64,000 nt of DNA, taken from Truepera sp. Lineage in GTDB: Bacteria; Deinococcota; Deinococci; Deinococcales; Trueperaceae. Under the pieces are notes generated by a model. The model had not been told where the DNA came from. It made no database searches and saw nothing but the letters and a program-made list of their open reading frames with translations. The translations under genes were made by a program, and so were the position numbers. The DNA is taken from the NCBI GenBank assembly GCA_965218435.1, contig CBDCKW010000009.1:1280001-1344000 (forward strand), given 5' to 3'. Shown here piece after piece: positions 28,756 to 39,699 of this stretch (its first letter is position 1; every line of letters starts with the position of its first letter).

Positions 28756-30096
28756 CTAATACTCCGCCAGATAAGTTTGCAATTCCCACTCGTGAACCGC
28801 GACGCGGTAGGCGTCGAACTCTTGGCGTTTGGCGTCAATAAAGTGCGTGTAGGTGTGCTCGCCTAACGCCGCCTTCATCACGGGGTCTTTCTCGAGCGCC
28901 GAGATCGCTTCACTCAGCGTACCGGGCAACTCTTTAATCTTGTGCTTGCGGCGGTCACGGACGCTCATCTGGTAGATGTTGCGCTGAATCGGCGGCGGCG
29001 GCGTGAGTTTGTTTTCTACGCCGTCCATCCCCGCCGCCATCATCGCAGTCAGGGCCAGGTAAGGGTTACACGACGGGTCGGGCATCCGCAGTTCGCTCCT
29101 CGTGCCGACGCCGCGCCGCGCCGGAATCCGGATCATGGCCGAGCGGTTCGAGGCGGACCAGGCGATGTTGGTCGGCGCTTCAAACCCCGGGGTCAAACGC
29201 TTGTACGAGTTGACGGTCGGGTTGGTCAGCGCGACCATCCCTTCGGCGTGCTCCAAGAGTCCTGCAATCCAGTTGAGAGCTGTTTTAGAGAGCTGATACT
29301 CGGCGTTCTCATCAAAGAAGGCGTTTTTACCGTTCTTAAAGAGCGACAGGTGTGTGTGCATCCCCGAGCCGTTGATGCCGCCGACCGGTTTGGGCATAAA
29401 GGTGGCGTGCAGGTTGTGTTTGACCGCGATGCGTTTAACGATCAGCTTAAAGGTGGCGATGCTGTCGGCTGTTGTGAGCGCATCTTCGTACTTAAAGTCA
29501 ATTTCGTGCTGACCCGGCGCGACCTCGTGGTGCGCCGCTTCGATCTCAAACCCCATCTCGACGAGCGCATTGACCATATCGCGCCGCGCCTCTTCGCCGT
29601 TATCAACCGGCGCGAGGTCAAAGTAACCGGCCGCGTCGTGCGTCAGGGTCGTCGGGCGGCCTTCGTGGTCGCGCCAGAAGAGGAAAAACTCGGGTTCGGG
29701 ACCGGCGTAAAGGTCATCGAAACCCATCTTTTTAAGCTTTTCAATCTGCCTTTTAAGGACCTGACGTGGGTCGCCGGGGAAGGGGCTGTCGTCGGGGCGG
29801 GCGATGTCGCAGATCAGCCGCGCGACGCGGCCCCGTTCGTTGCCCTCGACAATGGTGGGAAAGATCAAAAAGGTGTCGAAGTCGGGTTTTAAGAGCATGT
29901 CGGACTCTTCGATCCGGGTAAACCCTTCAATCGAGGAGCCGTCGAACATGATCTCGCCGTCTAGTGCTTTGTCGAACTGCGAGGTAGGCAGCTCGATATT
30001 TTTATTCATCCCCATGATGTCGGTAAACTGCAAACGCAAAAACTTGACGTTTTCTTGCTCGAGTATCTGCCTAATCTCAGACTGTGAATAAGCCAT
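28756..30096 (-). CDS. glnA: Glutamine synthetase type I, GSI-alpha-like (446 aa)
   Basis: [47 protein letters not shown]; lacks the GSI-beta insertion. Confidence 0.95.
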   Translation of the reverse strand: MAYSQSEIRQILEQENVKFLRLQFTDIMGMNKNIELPTSQFDKALDGEIMFDGSSIEGFTRIEESDMLLKPDFDTFLIFPTIVEGNERGRVARLICDIARPDDSPFPGDPRQVLKRQIEKLKKMGFDDLYAGPEPEFFLFWRDHEGRPTTLTHDAAGYFDLAPVDNGEEARRDMVNALVEMGFEIEAAHHEVAPGQHEIDFKYEDALTTADSIATFKLIVKRIAVKHNLHATFMPKPVGGINGSGMHTHLSLFKNGKNAFFDENAEYQLSKTALNWIAGLLEHAEGMVALTNPTVNSYKRLTPGFEAPTNIAWSASNRSAMIRIPARRGVGTRSELRMPDPSCNPYLALTAMMAAGMDGVENKLTPPPPIQRNIYQMSVRDRRKHKIKELPGTLSEAISALEKDPVMKAALGEHTYTHFIDAKRQEFDAYRVAVHEWELQTYLAEY

Positions 30097-30385
30097 ATAA
30101 CCTCCTACCGGCCGAGCCGGATGTGCTCAATATGACGTACGTTTTGGGGTAATGTCAACTCAAAGCCCGAGTTGGTGACAAGAATTGGGAACACTCGAGC
30201 CAATTTTGCTTTACAAAGCTGTGAGTAACCCCAGCAACGCGGGTTCACTTTACAAGATAACACTATAGTAAGGTGCTTCAAAGACTAGATTCGACAAATG
30301 AACTATTTTTAGCAGCGTTTCCTAACACAAATGTCAAAAATGTGCAAGTTGTTAGCTAAAACCTGAGCAAAGTTACCAAAGCGTG

Positions 30386-30414
30386 TTGACACTTTACTGA
30401 CCCCGACATAAACT
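30386..30414 (+). promoter_or_regulatory. Sigma-70 promoter of second glnA
   Basis: TTGACA-N17-TAAACT. Confidence 0.75.
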
Positions 30415-30466
30415 TGGAACAGTTTGCAGAGGTGCTGCAATACTCGCCGCAACCAGAAAGGTCTCT

Positions 30467-31873
30467 ATGTTCGAAACTCCAGCAGAAGCCCTGACTTTCA
30501 CTGAAGAACAAAATGTCGCCTTTATTGACGTCCGTTTTACCGACGTACCGGGGCGGTGGCAGCACTTCAGCATTCCGGCGCACGCGCTAGACGAAGACGT
30601 GTTTGATGAAGGTTTAGGGTTCGACGGCTCGTCCATTCAGGGTTTTCAGGGGATCGAAGCCTCCGATATGCTCCTTTTGCTCGACCCCAGCAGCGCGTTT
30701 ATAGACCCGTTTATGCAGCATAAAACGCTCGTGTTCGTGGCCGGGGTCAAAGACCCGGTAACCGGTGAACTCTACGGGAAAGACCCGCGTGGGGTGGCGA
30801 TTCGCGCTGAAGCGTACCTTGAACAAACAGGGTTTGCCGACACCAGCTTTATGGGACCTGAAGCTGAATTTTTTGTCTTCGACGCGGTGTCGTTTAGCAG
30901 CGACCCCTTTAACTACGGTTACCGCGTGTTGGCAGACGAGGCGCATACCGACGGTGACACGTTAGGCGACGGTCACTGGATTCGGCCTAAATCGGGGTAT
31001 TTTCCGGTGCCACCTTCGGATAAAACGCAGGATTTGCGCGCGGTGATGGTGCAGACGCTCGAGGCGCTCAATATCGAGATCGAACTGCACCACCACGAGG
31101 TCGCGACGGCGCAGCACGAGATTGATATCAAGTTCGACAAACTGACCCGCGTCGCCGACAAGCTCATGACCTACAAGTACGTCGTTAAAAATGTGGCGGC
31201 GCAGGCGGGTAAAACGGCGACCTTTATGCCGAAGCCCATTTTTGGGGATAACGGCTCGGGGATGCATACGCACCAGTCGCTCTGGCAGGGTGGCGAACCG
31301 CTTTTTTACGATCAAGACGGCTACGCCGGACTTTCTAAAATGGCGATGCACTACGTGGCCGGGCTTTTAACGCACGGCCCGGCGTTGTCTGCGCTTACGA
31401 ACCCAACCGTTAACTCGTACCGTCGGCTCGTGCCCGGTTACGAAGCGCCGGTCAACCTGATCATCTCGGCGCGGAACCGTTCGGCCATCGTGCGCGTGCC
31501 GATGTACTCAGAGTCACCCAAAGCCAAACGCGTTGAATACCGTGCCCCCGACCCGAGCGCGAACCCCTACTTAGCCTTTGCCGCCATGCTGATGGCCGGT
31601 CTCGACGGGATCAAACGCGAACTGCAACCCCCGACCCCGGTGGACAAAAACCTCTACTCGCTCTCAGCCCGTGAAGCGCGGCGAATTCGTAAGTTGCCCA
31701 AGAGCCTCGACGAGGCGATTGAGGCCCTCGAGCGCGACCACGACTTTTTGCTCGAGGGGGGCGTCTTTACCGAAGACCTGTTAGAGAGTTACTTAGACCT
31801 TAAACGCGACGAGGCGGACATGGCCCGGTTGCGGCCCAGCCCTATCGAATACACCATGTACTACGACATCTAA
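30467..31873 (+). CDS. glnA: Glutamine synthetase type I, GSI-beta-like (468 aa)
   Basis: FDGSSIQGF, insertion before KSGYFPVPP, PKPIFGDNGSGMH, DKNLY adenylylation-loop Tyr, C-terminal YYDI. Confidence 0.95.
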   Translation: MFETPAEALTFTEEQNVAFIDVRFTDVPGRWQHFSIPAHALDEDVFDEGLGFDGSSIQGFQGIEASDMLLLLDPSSAFIDPFMQHKTLVFVAGVKDPVTGELYGKDPRGVAIRAEAYLEQTGFADTSFMGPEAEFFVFDAVSFSSDPFNYGYRVLADEAHTDGDTLGDGHWIRPKSGYFPVPPSDKTQDLRAVMVQTLEALNIEIELHHHEVATAQHEIDIKFDKLTRVADKLMTYKYVVKNVAAQAGKTATFMPKPIFGDNGSGMHTHQSLWQGGEPLFYDQDGYAGLSKMAMHYVAGLLTHGPALSALTNPTVNSYRRLVPGYEAPVNLIISARNRSAIVRVPMYSESPKAKRVEYRAPDPSANPYLAFAAMLMAGLDGIKRELQPPTPVDKNLYSLSAREARRIRKLPKSLDEAIEALERDHDFLLEGGVFTEDLLESYLDLKRDEADMARLRPSPIEYTMYYDI

Positions 31874-31928
31874 GTACTGTGACATCCAAGTATCGTGACG
31901 TCTGAGTACTAAGGCATCTGGGTACGGT
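31865..31928. repeat. Four degenerate 16-bp tandem repeats starting in the glnA stop region
   Basis: GACATCTAAGTACTGT/GACATCCAAGTATCGT/GACGTCTGAGTACTAA/GGCATCTGGGTACGGT. Confidence 0.85.
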
Positions 31929-32133
31929 TTATGAGAACGCGCCTCGAGCCCATCACCCAAACCCAGCTGAGATGAGACGAGTTGCGCCGCTTGGCAGTCG
32001 CAGCGCGGCTTGTATAAGTTTCAATGGCACATCTAACCGGATTCAACCGCGTGCTCAGCCGGTAATGACCTCTGGACCTTCTAGGAAGGGCAGACCGCAG
32101 CTTAGCCTTAAACCAGATCACGTTTTGACGTTG

Positions 32134-32162
32134 TTGACAGTGTATCTCTCCCTACATATGAT
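32134..32162 (+). promoter_or_regulatory. Sigma-70 promoter of Liv-type operon
   Basis: TTGACA-N17-TATGAT; RBS AAGGAGG before ATG 32201. Confidence 0.8.
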
Positions 32163-32200
32163 AGAAGCTGTACTACATGTGAAAATTTTAAGGAGGCAAG

Positions 32201-33397
32201 ATGAAACTCGGAGTATTGCTAACCGCCGGACTCGTAAGCTTGGGGGTTGCGTCCGCCCAAGAACCGCTGACACTCGGGGTCAACTTAGAGCTCTCCGGGC
32301 GGCTCGTGTCCCTCGGAACGCCTGAACTCGAGGGGATGCGCGCCGCGCAAGCTGAAATGAGTGAAGTCTTGGGTCGCCCCGTCGAGCTTTCAGTGTGTGA
32401 CAACGCCTCGACGCCTGAGGGGTCGGTGGCGTGCGCGAACCGTTTTATTGACGAGGGTGTCGTTGCCGTCTTGGGTACGGGCGGCTCGTCACAGGCGATT
32501 CCCGCCGCCGAAGTTTTGCAAAGAGCGGGCGTTATTATGATCACGCCGAGTTCGACAAACAACGCCACCACGCAAATTGGCGACTACATCTTCCGCGTCG
32601 CCTATAACGACGAGTTTCAGGGTGCGGTGGCCGCCGACTACCTTTACGGCGATGACGTCGGCGCACGCCGGGTGGCGGTTTTTCGGCAGCAAGACGACGA
32701 CTACTCGTTCGGCTTAGCGGGCTTTTTCGACGACGCGTTTAAGGCCGCTGGCGGCGAAACGGTCATTGTGGATTACACCGCCGGTACGGTGGACTTCGCC
32801 GCGCAGATCAACGACATCCGTGCCTTTAACCCCGACGCGATCTACACCCCCGGCTTTTGCCCCGAACTCGCTTCGCTCGTGCCGCAGCTGTTGCAGCAGG
32901 GTTTTACCGCGCAGCTTAAGATGGGCGGTGACGGTACCGACGACGCGCAGTGCCCCGACGGTGGCGGCGCAGCGTTTAACAACTTCCGTTTTACGGCGTT
33001 TGCCGAACCCGCGCAGCTCTCGAGCGACCCCGAGGCGGCCAAACGTGCCGAAGCCTTCCGCACCTCGTTTGACAAGTCGCAACCCAACGGCACCTTTAAC
33101 GGCTTTACCTTGGCGGGTGCCGACGCCTACAACGTGATTGTCGCTGCGATCAAAGCCGCCGGTACCGCTGAGACGGACGCGGTACGGGACTCGCTGGCAG
33201 CACTCGAGAACTACCCCGGCGTTAGCGGCCCGATCACCTTTGCCGGAACCGACGGCACACCCTCCAACCGCATCATGGGCTTTTTTGAGTACAAGGTACC
33301 CGGTGATGACGGCGCTGCCTACACCAAAGCGTCACTCGGCGGCCTGACCCGGCAGTTTGAGGGAGCGGGGGCCACCGGAAGCGGCGGCGGACAGTAA
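32201..33397 (+). CDS. livK: Branched-chain amino acid ABC substrate-binding protein
   Basis: Signal peptide, LELSG, ITPSSTN, DYIFRVAYNDEFQG; heads the liv operon. Confidence 0.85.
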   Translation: MKLGVLLTAGLVSLGVASAQEPLTLGVNLELSGRLVSLGTPELEGMRAAQAEMSEVLGRPVELSVCDNASTPEGSVACANRFIDEGVVAVLGTGGSSQAIPAAEVLQRAGVIMITPSSTNNATTQIGDYIFRVAYNDEFQGAVAADYLYGDDVGARRVAVFRQQDDDYSFGLAGFFDDAFKAAGGETVIVDYTAGTVDFAAQINDIRAFNPDAIYTPGFCPELASLVPQLLQQGFTAQLKMGGDGTDDAQCPDGGGAAFNNFRFTAFAEPAQLSSDPEAAKRAEAFRTSFDKSQPNGTFNGFTLAGADAYNVIVAAIKAAGTAETDAVRDSLAALENYPGVSGPITFAGTDGTPSNRIMGFFEYKVPGDDGAAYTKASLGGLTRQFEGAGATGSGGGQ

Positions 33398-33458
33398 ACC
33401 CGCAACCCTCCGCAACCCACTGAGTTGTGACCGCTGCTGTTTCGGTCGTAAGTCAGGT

Positions 33459-33489
33459 TCAGGGAGTGGGTCTTGGACCCACTCCCTGA
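33459..33489 (+). terminator. 14-bp hairpin after SBP gene (terminator or mRNA stabiliser)
   Basis: TCAGGGAGTGGGTC-ttg-GACCCACTCCCTGA. Confidence 0.8.
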
Positions 33490-33659
33490 TTCTCTTTGAC
33501 CTGCTTCAAGCTGGATGCAAGCCCTTTACCGGAGCCCGTAGCCGCTACTGTTACAAACGGTGCATTTTATGTCAAGTGCAGCCTGGCAACCCAGATTATT
33601 GATATATTTCACGTTAAGACTCCCTGAGTCTGCTTTAGCTCTTATCTCGAGGTGTTCTT

Positions 33660-34898
33660 TTGGTCCGTTCGCAAACGCTTAAACCCCGGAGACGTGTCAA
33701 TCTCACCCCGTGGCTCGTCCTGCTCGTTATCGCCTTGCTTATCGGCGGACGCGTTGCGTATCTGCTAAGTACCGGCGGGTCTTATACCTCAGGCTTTTTC
33801 GTCGGGGCGCTCCTGAGTTCACTGCAGCTCGGCAGTCTCTACGCGCTTATTGCGCTCGGCTACACGCTCGTGTACGGCATCATCCGGTTGATTAACTTCG
33901 CACACGGCGAGATTTTTATGGTGGGCGCGTTTTCGTCTTATTTTTTATTCGCGCAAACGCCTTACGCGCTCCCGTGGGCGCTTTTTGTCGCAGCACTGGC
34001 CAGCGCCGGACTGATGTACGCGCTTAACCTCTGGCGCGGCAAGCTGACCGACCCGGTGGTCCTCGTAGGCGGGTTACTTTCCTTGGTCGGGTTTACCTAC
34101 GCGCTCAGTACGGGGGCGCTCAACTGGGTAGTGGCGCTGCTCCTCAGTATGCTGATCACCGGCGTCGTTGGTATTTTGCTCGACCGTATCGCCTACCGCC
34201 CCCTCCGGGGTGCGCCGCGTATCTCGCTTTTAATTACCGCGATTGCGATGTCGTTTTTTTTGCAAAATGCTGGACTCCTCGTCTTTACGCGTAATCAGAC
34301 GCCTTACCGCCCCGATACGGCGCTGCCGAGTGCGTTACAGTTCAACCTGCTTGGCAATAAGGTTACGTCTTGGACGCAGTTTTTACAGTTTTCGCTGGGT
34401 GAGAGCACTATTTACACCTCAGCGATGGTCATCTTAATTCCTGTAGTCACCCTCATCTTGGTCGTGGCGCTAACGCTGTTTGTCTCGCGGACGCGGCTCG
34501 GCAAAGCGATGCGGGCGACCGCACAAGACCCCGAAGTCGCGCAGATGATGGGCGTGAACGTCAACCGGGTGATTGCGACGACGTTTTTTCTGGGGTCTAT
34601 CTTGGCAGCAGCGGCGGGAGTCCTGTGGGGGCTTAACTTCGGCAGCTTGACGCAACCCGCGGTGTTCGGCCTCTTGCCCGGTCTGAAAGCGTTTTCTGCC
34701 GCCGTGATCGGCGGTATCGGAAGCTTGCCCGGCGCAGTCATCGGCGGGCTGTTGCTCGGCTTTTTAGAGAACTTCGTCCCGGCGCTTTTTTCGGGTGTCA
34801 CCGAATACAAAGACACCTTCGCGTTCTTTTTGCTCATTATCATCCTCTTGATCCGGCCGAGCGGGATCGTCGGCGAAGACCTTTCGGAGAAAGTATGA
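33660..34898 (+). CDS. livH: Branched-chain amino acid ABC permease
   Basis: GSLYALIALGYTLVYGIIRLINFAHGE, GLKAFSAAVIGGIG. Confidence 0.92.
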   Translation: MVRSQTLKPRRRVNLTPWLVLLVIALLIGGRVAYLLSTGGSYTSGFFVGALLSSLQLGSLYALIALGYTLVYGIIRLINFAHGEIFMVGAFSSYFLFAQTPYALPWALFVAALASAGLMYALNLWRGKLTDPVVLVGGLLSLVGFTYALSTGALNWVVALLLSMLITGVVGILLDRIAYRPLRGAPRISLLITAIAMSFFLQNAGLLVFTRNQTPYRPDTALPSALQFNLLGNKVTSWTQFLQFSLGESTIYTSAMVILIPVVTLILVVALTLFVSRTRLGKAMRATAQDPEVAQMMGVNVNRVIATTFFLGSILAAAAGVLWGLNFGSLTQPAVFGLLPGLKAFSAAVIGGIGSLPGAVIGGLLLGFLENFVPALFSGVTEYKDTFAFFLLIIILLIRPSGIVGEDLSEKV

Positions 34899-36295
34899 GC
34901 GCGGCGGCCCTGCCGAGTACGAAGAGGCTCCGCAATACCCTGCTGACGCTCCTCGGGTTAGGACTATTGGTGCTCGCGCTCTACTTCATTGACGGAAACG
35001 CCACGACGAAATTCAAACAGGCGTGTACGCTCTTTGCAGTTTGGGGCGTCGCGGCCATCAGCCTCAACCTCATCAACGGGACGACGGGCATTTTGTCGCT
35101 CGGTCAGCACGGCTTTATGCTCGTCGGCGGCTATACGACCGCGCTTTTGACGCTGCCTGAAATCCGGCGGCAACAGATATCTGAGAGTGCCCGCAGCCAG
35201 ATGAACGACTTTACCCTGGGGCTGAGTCTTAGCAACGGGTTTGACGCGCTTGGATTACACGGCCTCACCACCCCGGAAACGCTCTGGGTACGGTTTGTGA
35301 TCGCCCTCTTTTTAGGTGGGTTGGTCGCAGCCGTGTTCGGCCTTATCGTCGGAATTCCGAGTTTGCGGCTACGCGGCGACTATCTGGCGATCGTGACCTT
35401 TGGCTTTGGCGAGATCATCCGGCTGCTCGCTTCGACAAGTCTGTTCGGGCCGTTTACCAACGGGTCCTTAGGTTATACCGGCGTCCCGGCGCTCTTTGGC
35501 CGGAGCCTTTACTGGACGTTCGGCATCTTGGTGCTCACCGTTTTTGTGATGGTCAAGCTTAAATACTCGTCGTATGGGCGGGCGCTACAAGGGATTCGTG
35601 AAGACGAGATTGCAGCCGAAGCGATGGGCGTCAACTTGGCCTATCACAAAGTTCTGGCGTTTACGCTCTCGGCGTTTTTTGCCGGTATTGCGGGTGGCCT
35701 TTACGCGTCGTGGCTCTCCGGGGCGCGGCTCGACTACTTTTTGTTTACGCTGACCTTTTTCTTCTTGGTGGCGATTTCGGTCGGCGGTACGGGGTCGTAT
35801 ACCGGCGTGTTGATCGGGACGGCGCTCGTCGTCTTTGTCCGGCAGTACGGGGACCCGCTCGAGCAACCCTATCCCGTCAACGTGTGGTTCGGGGCGCTCG
35901 CGGTGCTCGTCATTCTCGCGGTGCTCGGTACGGTGATCTTGCGGAACGCTCGCCGCCTCCGTCCGCGTGTGCCACCCCTGCTCTACGGTCTGGGTGCACT
36001 CGGCGTGCTGGGGCTGGGGTTCGCCTTCGTCGCCCCCAACTTCGGTCTTCTAACCGGTGAGTTTCAAGCGTTCGGGATGCGGGCCATTTTACTCTCGGTG
36101 GTGCTGCTCGTGATTATGATCGCACGGCCCTCAGGGATTTTGGGCCGCGCCGAGTTCTCGTGGGCGTGGCTGTTCCGGGAACGGCGTGACCAACCTTCGG
36201 ACGAAGAGCGGGCACAAGACGCGTGGCTCACGAACCCCGAGCTAAACCAAGACCGCACCGCCGCGCTGGGTGACCTCCGCAAAGGAGAAGAATAG
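34895..36295 (+). CDS. livM: Branched-chain amino acid ABC permease
   Basis: SLNLINGTTGILSLGQ, LRLRGDYLAIVTFGFGEI, IREDEIAAEAMG. Confidence 0.92.
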   Translation: MSAAALPSTKRLRNTLLTLLGLGLLVLALYFIDGNATTKFKQACTLFAVWGVAAISLNLINGTTGILSLGQHGFMLVGGYTTALLTLPEIRRQQISESARSQMNDFTLGLSLSNGFDALGLHGLTTPETLWVRFVIALFLGGLVAAVFGLIVGIPSLRLRGDYLAIVTFGFGEIIRLLASTSLFGPFTNGSLGYTGVPALFGRSLYWTFGILVLTVFVMVKLKYSSYGRALQGIREDEIAAEAMGVNLAYHKVLAFTLSAFFAGIAGGLYASWLSGARLDYFLFTLTFFFLVAISVGGTGSYTGVLIGTALVVFVRQYGDPLEQPYPVNVWFGALAVLVILAVLGTVILRNARRLRPRVPPLLYGLGALGVLGLGFAFVAPNFGLLTGEFQAFGMRAILLSVVLLVIMIARPSGILGRAEFSWAWLFRERRDQPSDEERAQDAWLTNPELNQDRTAALGDLRKGEE

Positions 36296-37118
36296 TGGCG
36301 CTTTTGGAGCTTGAAGGCGTCAATAAATCGTTCGGCGGCCTGCAAGCAACGACCGATATGAGCCTCAGCTTAAACGAAGGCGAGATCGTCTCGATTATCG
36401 GGCCGAACGGGGCGGGCAAGTCCACCTTGTTTAACCTGATTACCGGCGTGTACACACCCGATTCCGGGAGCATCCGCTTTGAAGGGCGTTCAATCGTCGG
36501 CAAAAAACCCAACAAGATTGTTGACTTAGGCATCGCCCGGACGTTTCAGAACTTGCGGCTGTTTACCGACTTGTCAGTGCTCGAGAACGTCCTGATCGCG
36601 CAGCATCACAAGATGCGCTCGACCTGGCTCTCGGCGGTGGTGCGGACCCCCGGTTACCGGCGGCAAGAACGCGAGATGCACGAGCAGGCCATACAGAAAC
36701 TCGCCTTTTTCGGCCCTCGCCTGATGAGCTTCCGGCTCCATCAACCCGTGTACGTCTTGTCGTACGCGAACCGCCGCCGCACTGAGATGGCGCGGGCGAT
36801 GGCGACGGGCGCGAAACTTCTCTTGCTAGACGAGCCGAGCGCCGGAATGAACCCCAAAGAGACCGGCGAAATTACCCAGATTATCCGGCGAATGCGCGAC
36901 GAAGGAGGCTACACCATCTTACTGGTCGAACACAAGATGAACTTGGTCGGTGAGATCAGCGACCGCGTGCTGGTTCTCGACTACGGCGAAAAAATCGCTG
37001 AAGGTTCCTACAAAGAGGTCGTCAATGACCCCCGTGTCGTCGAAGCGTACCTGGGCAAACGGGCCGCCGACGAGGGCGACACCGCCGACTTGACCGAAGA
37101 CCTCCCGGACGGTGCCGC

Positions 37119-37122
<4 letters not shown>
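36295..37122 (+). CDS. livG: ABC ATP-binding protein
   Basis: GPNGAGKST, ARTFQN, LLLDEPSAG, VEAYLG. Confidence 0.92.
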
Positions 37123-37880
<758 letters not shown>

Positions 37881-38002
37881 CGTGACGAAATTAGCACTGA
37901 GGATGCTTTTCATGGCTTAGTCGGACGCTGACGACATGGAGGGTATGAAATACTTTCAACGTAATCGAGTACCCATTTCGTATGCTTGTTTCTGGAGGGA
38001 TT

Positions 38003-38629
38003 ATGAAGCTTTGGTGGTTGCTATCAGGATTATATGTGGTGGGCTTGGCCCATGCTCAGAGCTCGGCGCAGGACATATTTGTGGGGATGCAGCCTTTAGA
38101 GGGAGTCAATTACGAAATTTACGACGCGGATGCTGTTTCAGATGACGGCTTCATACCAAGTAGCGCAGCGGCTGTCCAAGAAGTTGAACCTGAGGGTATA
38201 GGCTACCGTTTCTTCTACACACAAGGCTACCCGCCCGAGATTGCATATACTGACGTGTGCCCTTCAGGGTTTGAAACGGTCTGGTACACCATCGAGGTAA
38301 ATCCATATACACCGGTTAATTTCGATTTTCAGGGCGAAGTCCACCCCATAGAGGGCGTTGATGGAGAAGACTTTGGGTTCAGCTACTACCCGGGCAGTGA
38401 GGCGCAAATGGACACGCCTTTATATGTTGGGAGTTGCCAATACTCAGATCGGCGCAACATGTCCTACCGCTCTAACAATCTGAACGCTCAACCTGCCATC
38501 GTTGACCTGTCGCGCGTCTTTGAACTGAGCTGCGACGTGTCGGTCGTTAATCTTGAAAAGCGTACTGTCATGGCTGAGCAAACTTTGGACAATCTTACCT
38601 TCTGTTATGGAGAACTCACTGCCGAGTGA
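38003..38629 (+). CDS. Secreted hypothetical protein (lower GC)
   Basis: RBS GGAGG, signal peptide ending AHA, acidic with 4 Cys. Confidence 0.7.
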   Translation: MKLWWLLSGLYVVGLAHAQSSAQDIFVGMQPLEGVNYEIYDADAVSDDGFIPSSAAAVQEVEPEGIGYRFFYTQGYPPEIAYTDVCPSGFETVWYTIEVNPYTPVNFDFQGEVHPIEGVDGEDFGFSYYPGSEAQMDTPLYVGSCQYSDRRNMSYRSNNLNAQPAIVDLSRVFELSCDVSVVNLEKRTVMAEQTLDNLTFCYGELTAE

Positions 38630-38792
38630 CCTCGAGGCAGGCGCAAATACAAACGCTGTAAGCTGTTTGGTGACGACGGGTTGGGGCCACCACGAAAGCA
38701 ACCGTGAGGCTGCAAAAATATATGGGGCATTTGTCGGTGCAAATCTCCCGGAGGTCATTGCGTGGATTTCGGCTCGAGAACGGCTGGCGTAA
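38622..38792 (+). pseudogene. C-terminal remnant of a HAD-IIIA/GmhB-like phosphatase
   Basis: Reads PSDLEAGANTNAVSCLVTTGWG...FVGANLPEVIAWI*, resembling HAD motif IV and C-terminus; no N-terminus present. Confidence 0.55.
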
Positions 38793-38847
38793 GTCCGTAA
38801 AAATTGTGCAATATGAAGTCCCGTCAACAAATTATGTTTGATCTTTT

Positions 38848-38863
38848 GTACGTTATGACGTAC
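38848..38863. promoter_or_regulatory. Palindromic TA auto-operator
   Basis: GTACGT-tatg-ACGTAC overlapping -10 TACGCT just upstream of yefM. Confidence 0.65.
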
Positions 38864-38871
38864 GCTAGTTT

Positions 38872-39114
38872 ATGTCTGTTTTAACAGCTACTGAAGCGAG
38901 GGCCAACCTCTACAAGCTCATCGAAAAAACGTTACAAAGTCATGAACCTGTTGTGATTGCGGGTAAAAAAGGTAACGCGGTGCTCCTGTCCGAAGAAGAC
39001 TGGAACGCCGTTACTGAAACGCTTTATCTGCTCTCTGTACCCGGAATGCGCGAATCTATACGTGAAGGTATGGAAACCGATGTGTCTGAGCTTTCTGAAA
39101 CGCTGGACTGGTGA
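38872..39114 (+). CDS. yefM: Phd/YefM antitoxin
   Basis: TATEARANLYKLI..HEPVVI..NAVLLSEEDW..ETLYLLS.PG. Confidence 0.93.
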   Translation: MSVLTATEARANLYKLIEKTLQSHEPVVIAGKKGNAVLLSEEDWNAVTETLYLLSVPGMRESIREGMETDVSELSETLDW

Positions 39115-39374
39115 GTTGGCGGCTGTTCTACACCAAACAGGCTCAAAAAGACGCAAAAAGATTGGCAGCAACTGGCCTCAAGCAAAAAGCCTCTGCACTT
39201 CTCAAAGTCATAGAGGAGAACCCGTTTCAAAACCCGCCGCCCTATGAGAAACTGCTCGGTGATTTGGCTGGGGCGACCTCGAGGCGTATCAATATTCAGC
39301 ACCGATTGGTCTACCAAGTGCTCAAAAACGAACGTATCGTCAAAGTTTTACGGTTGTGGACGCATTACGAGTAA
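39111..39374 (+). CDS. yoeB: Txe/YoeB toxin
   Basis: NPFQNPPPYEKLLGDL..SRRINIQHRLVY..WTHYE; 4-nt overlap with antitoxin. Confidence 0.93.
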   Translation: MSWRLFYTKQAQKDAKRLAATGLKQKASALLKVIEENPFQNPPPYEKLLGDLAGATSRRINIQHRLVYQVLKNERIVKVLRLWTHYE

Positions 39375-39425
39375 CACTGAGCTACCAAACTCGTATGCTC
39401 TGAGCTGGTCGAGCGTTCTGCACCA

Positions 39426-39647
39426 TCAGCTTTTGTGAGCGCGTTCTTCTTGCAAAAGCTCGGCAGCTGCTATGTGAAGCTCGGTAAGTGTGTGCGTGCT
39501 AAGGGTACGCTGCCACTTTTTTCTAGCCAATTCATGCTCGATGGCAATGCGCACAAACTCGCTGATAGTGGTGCGGTCTTCAGCGGATGCTTCCTTCAAC
39601 TGCTCAAGCAGGTCGCCTGAGATATTTTTAACCTGTAGCTTCGCCAT
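39426..39647 (-). CDS. FitA/VapB-like ribbon-helix-helix antitoxin (orphan)
   Basis: MAKLQVKNISGDLLEQLK..A..TTISEFVR..IE; C-terminal AAELLQEER; TAACTT-N5-ATG. Confidence 0.7.
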   Translation of the reverse strand: MAKLQVKNISGDLLEQLKEASAEDRTTISEFVRIAIEHELARKKWQRTLSTHTLTELHIAAAELLQEERAHKS

Positions 39648-39699
39648 ATACGAAGTTAGCACGGCTCTCCGTAAAGAAACAGCATTTACCGACTGACAC

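Noticed and set aside
28942..29892. 316-aa ORF antisense to glnA (likewise 59626-60465, 17130-17834, 14339-14914)
   Set aside because: Shadow ORFs expected from GC-rich codon bias; no motifs or expression signals
31865..31928. CRISPR array
   Set aside because: 16-bp head-to-tail units without spacers; no cas genes
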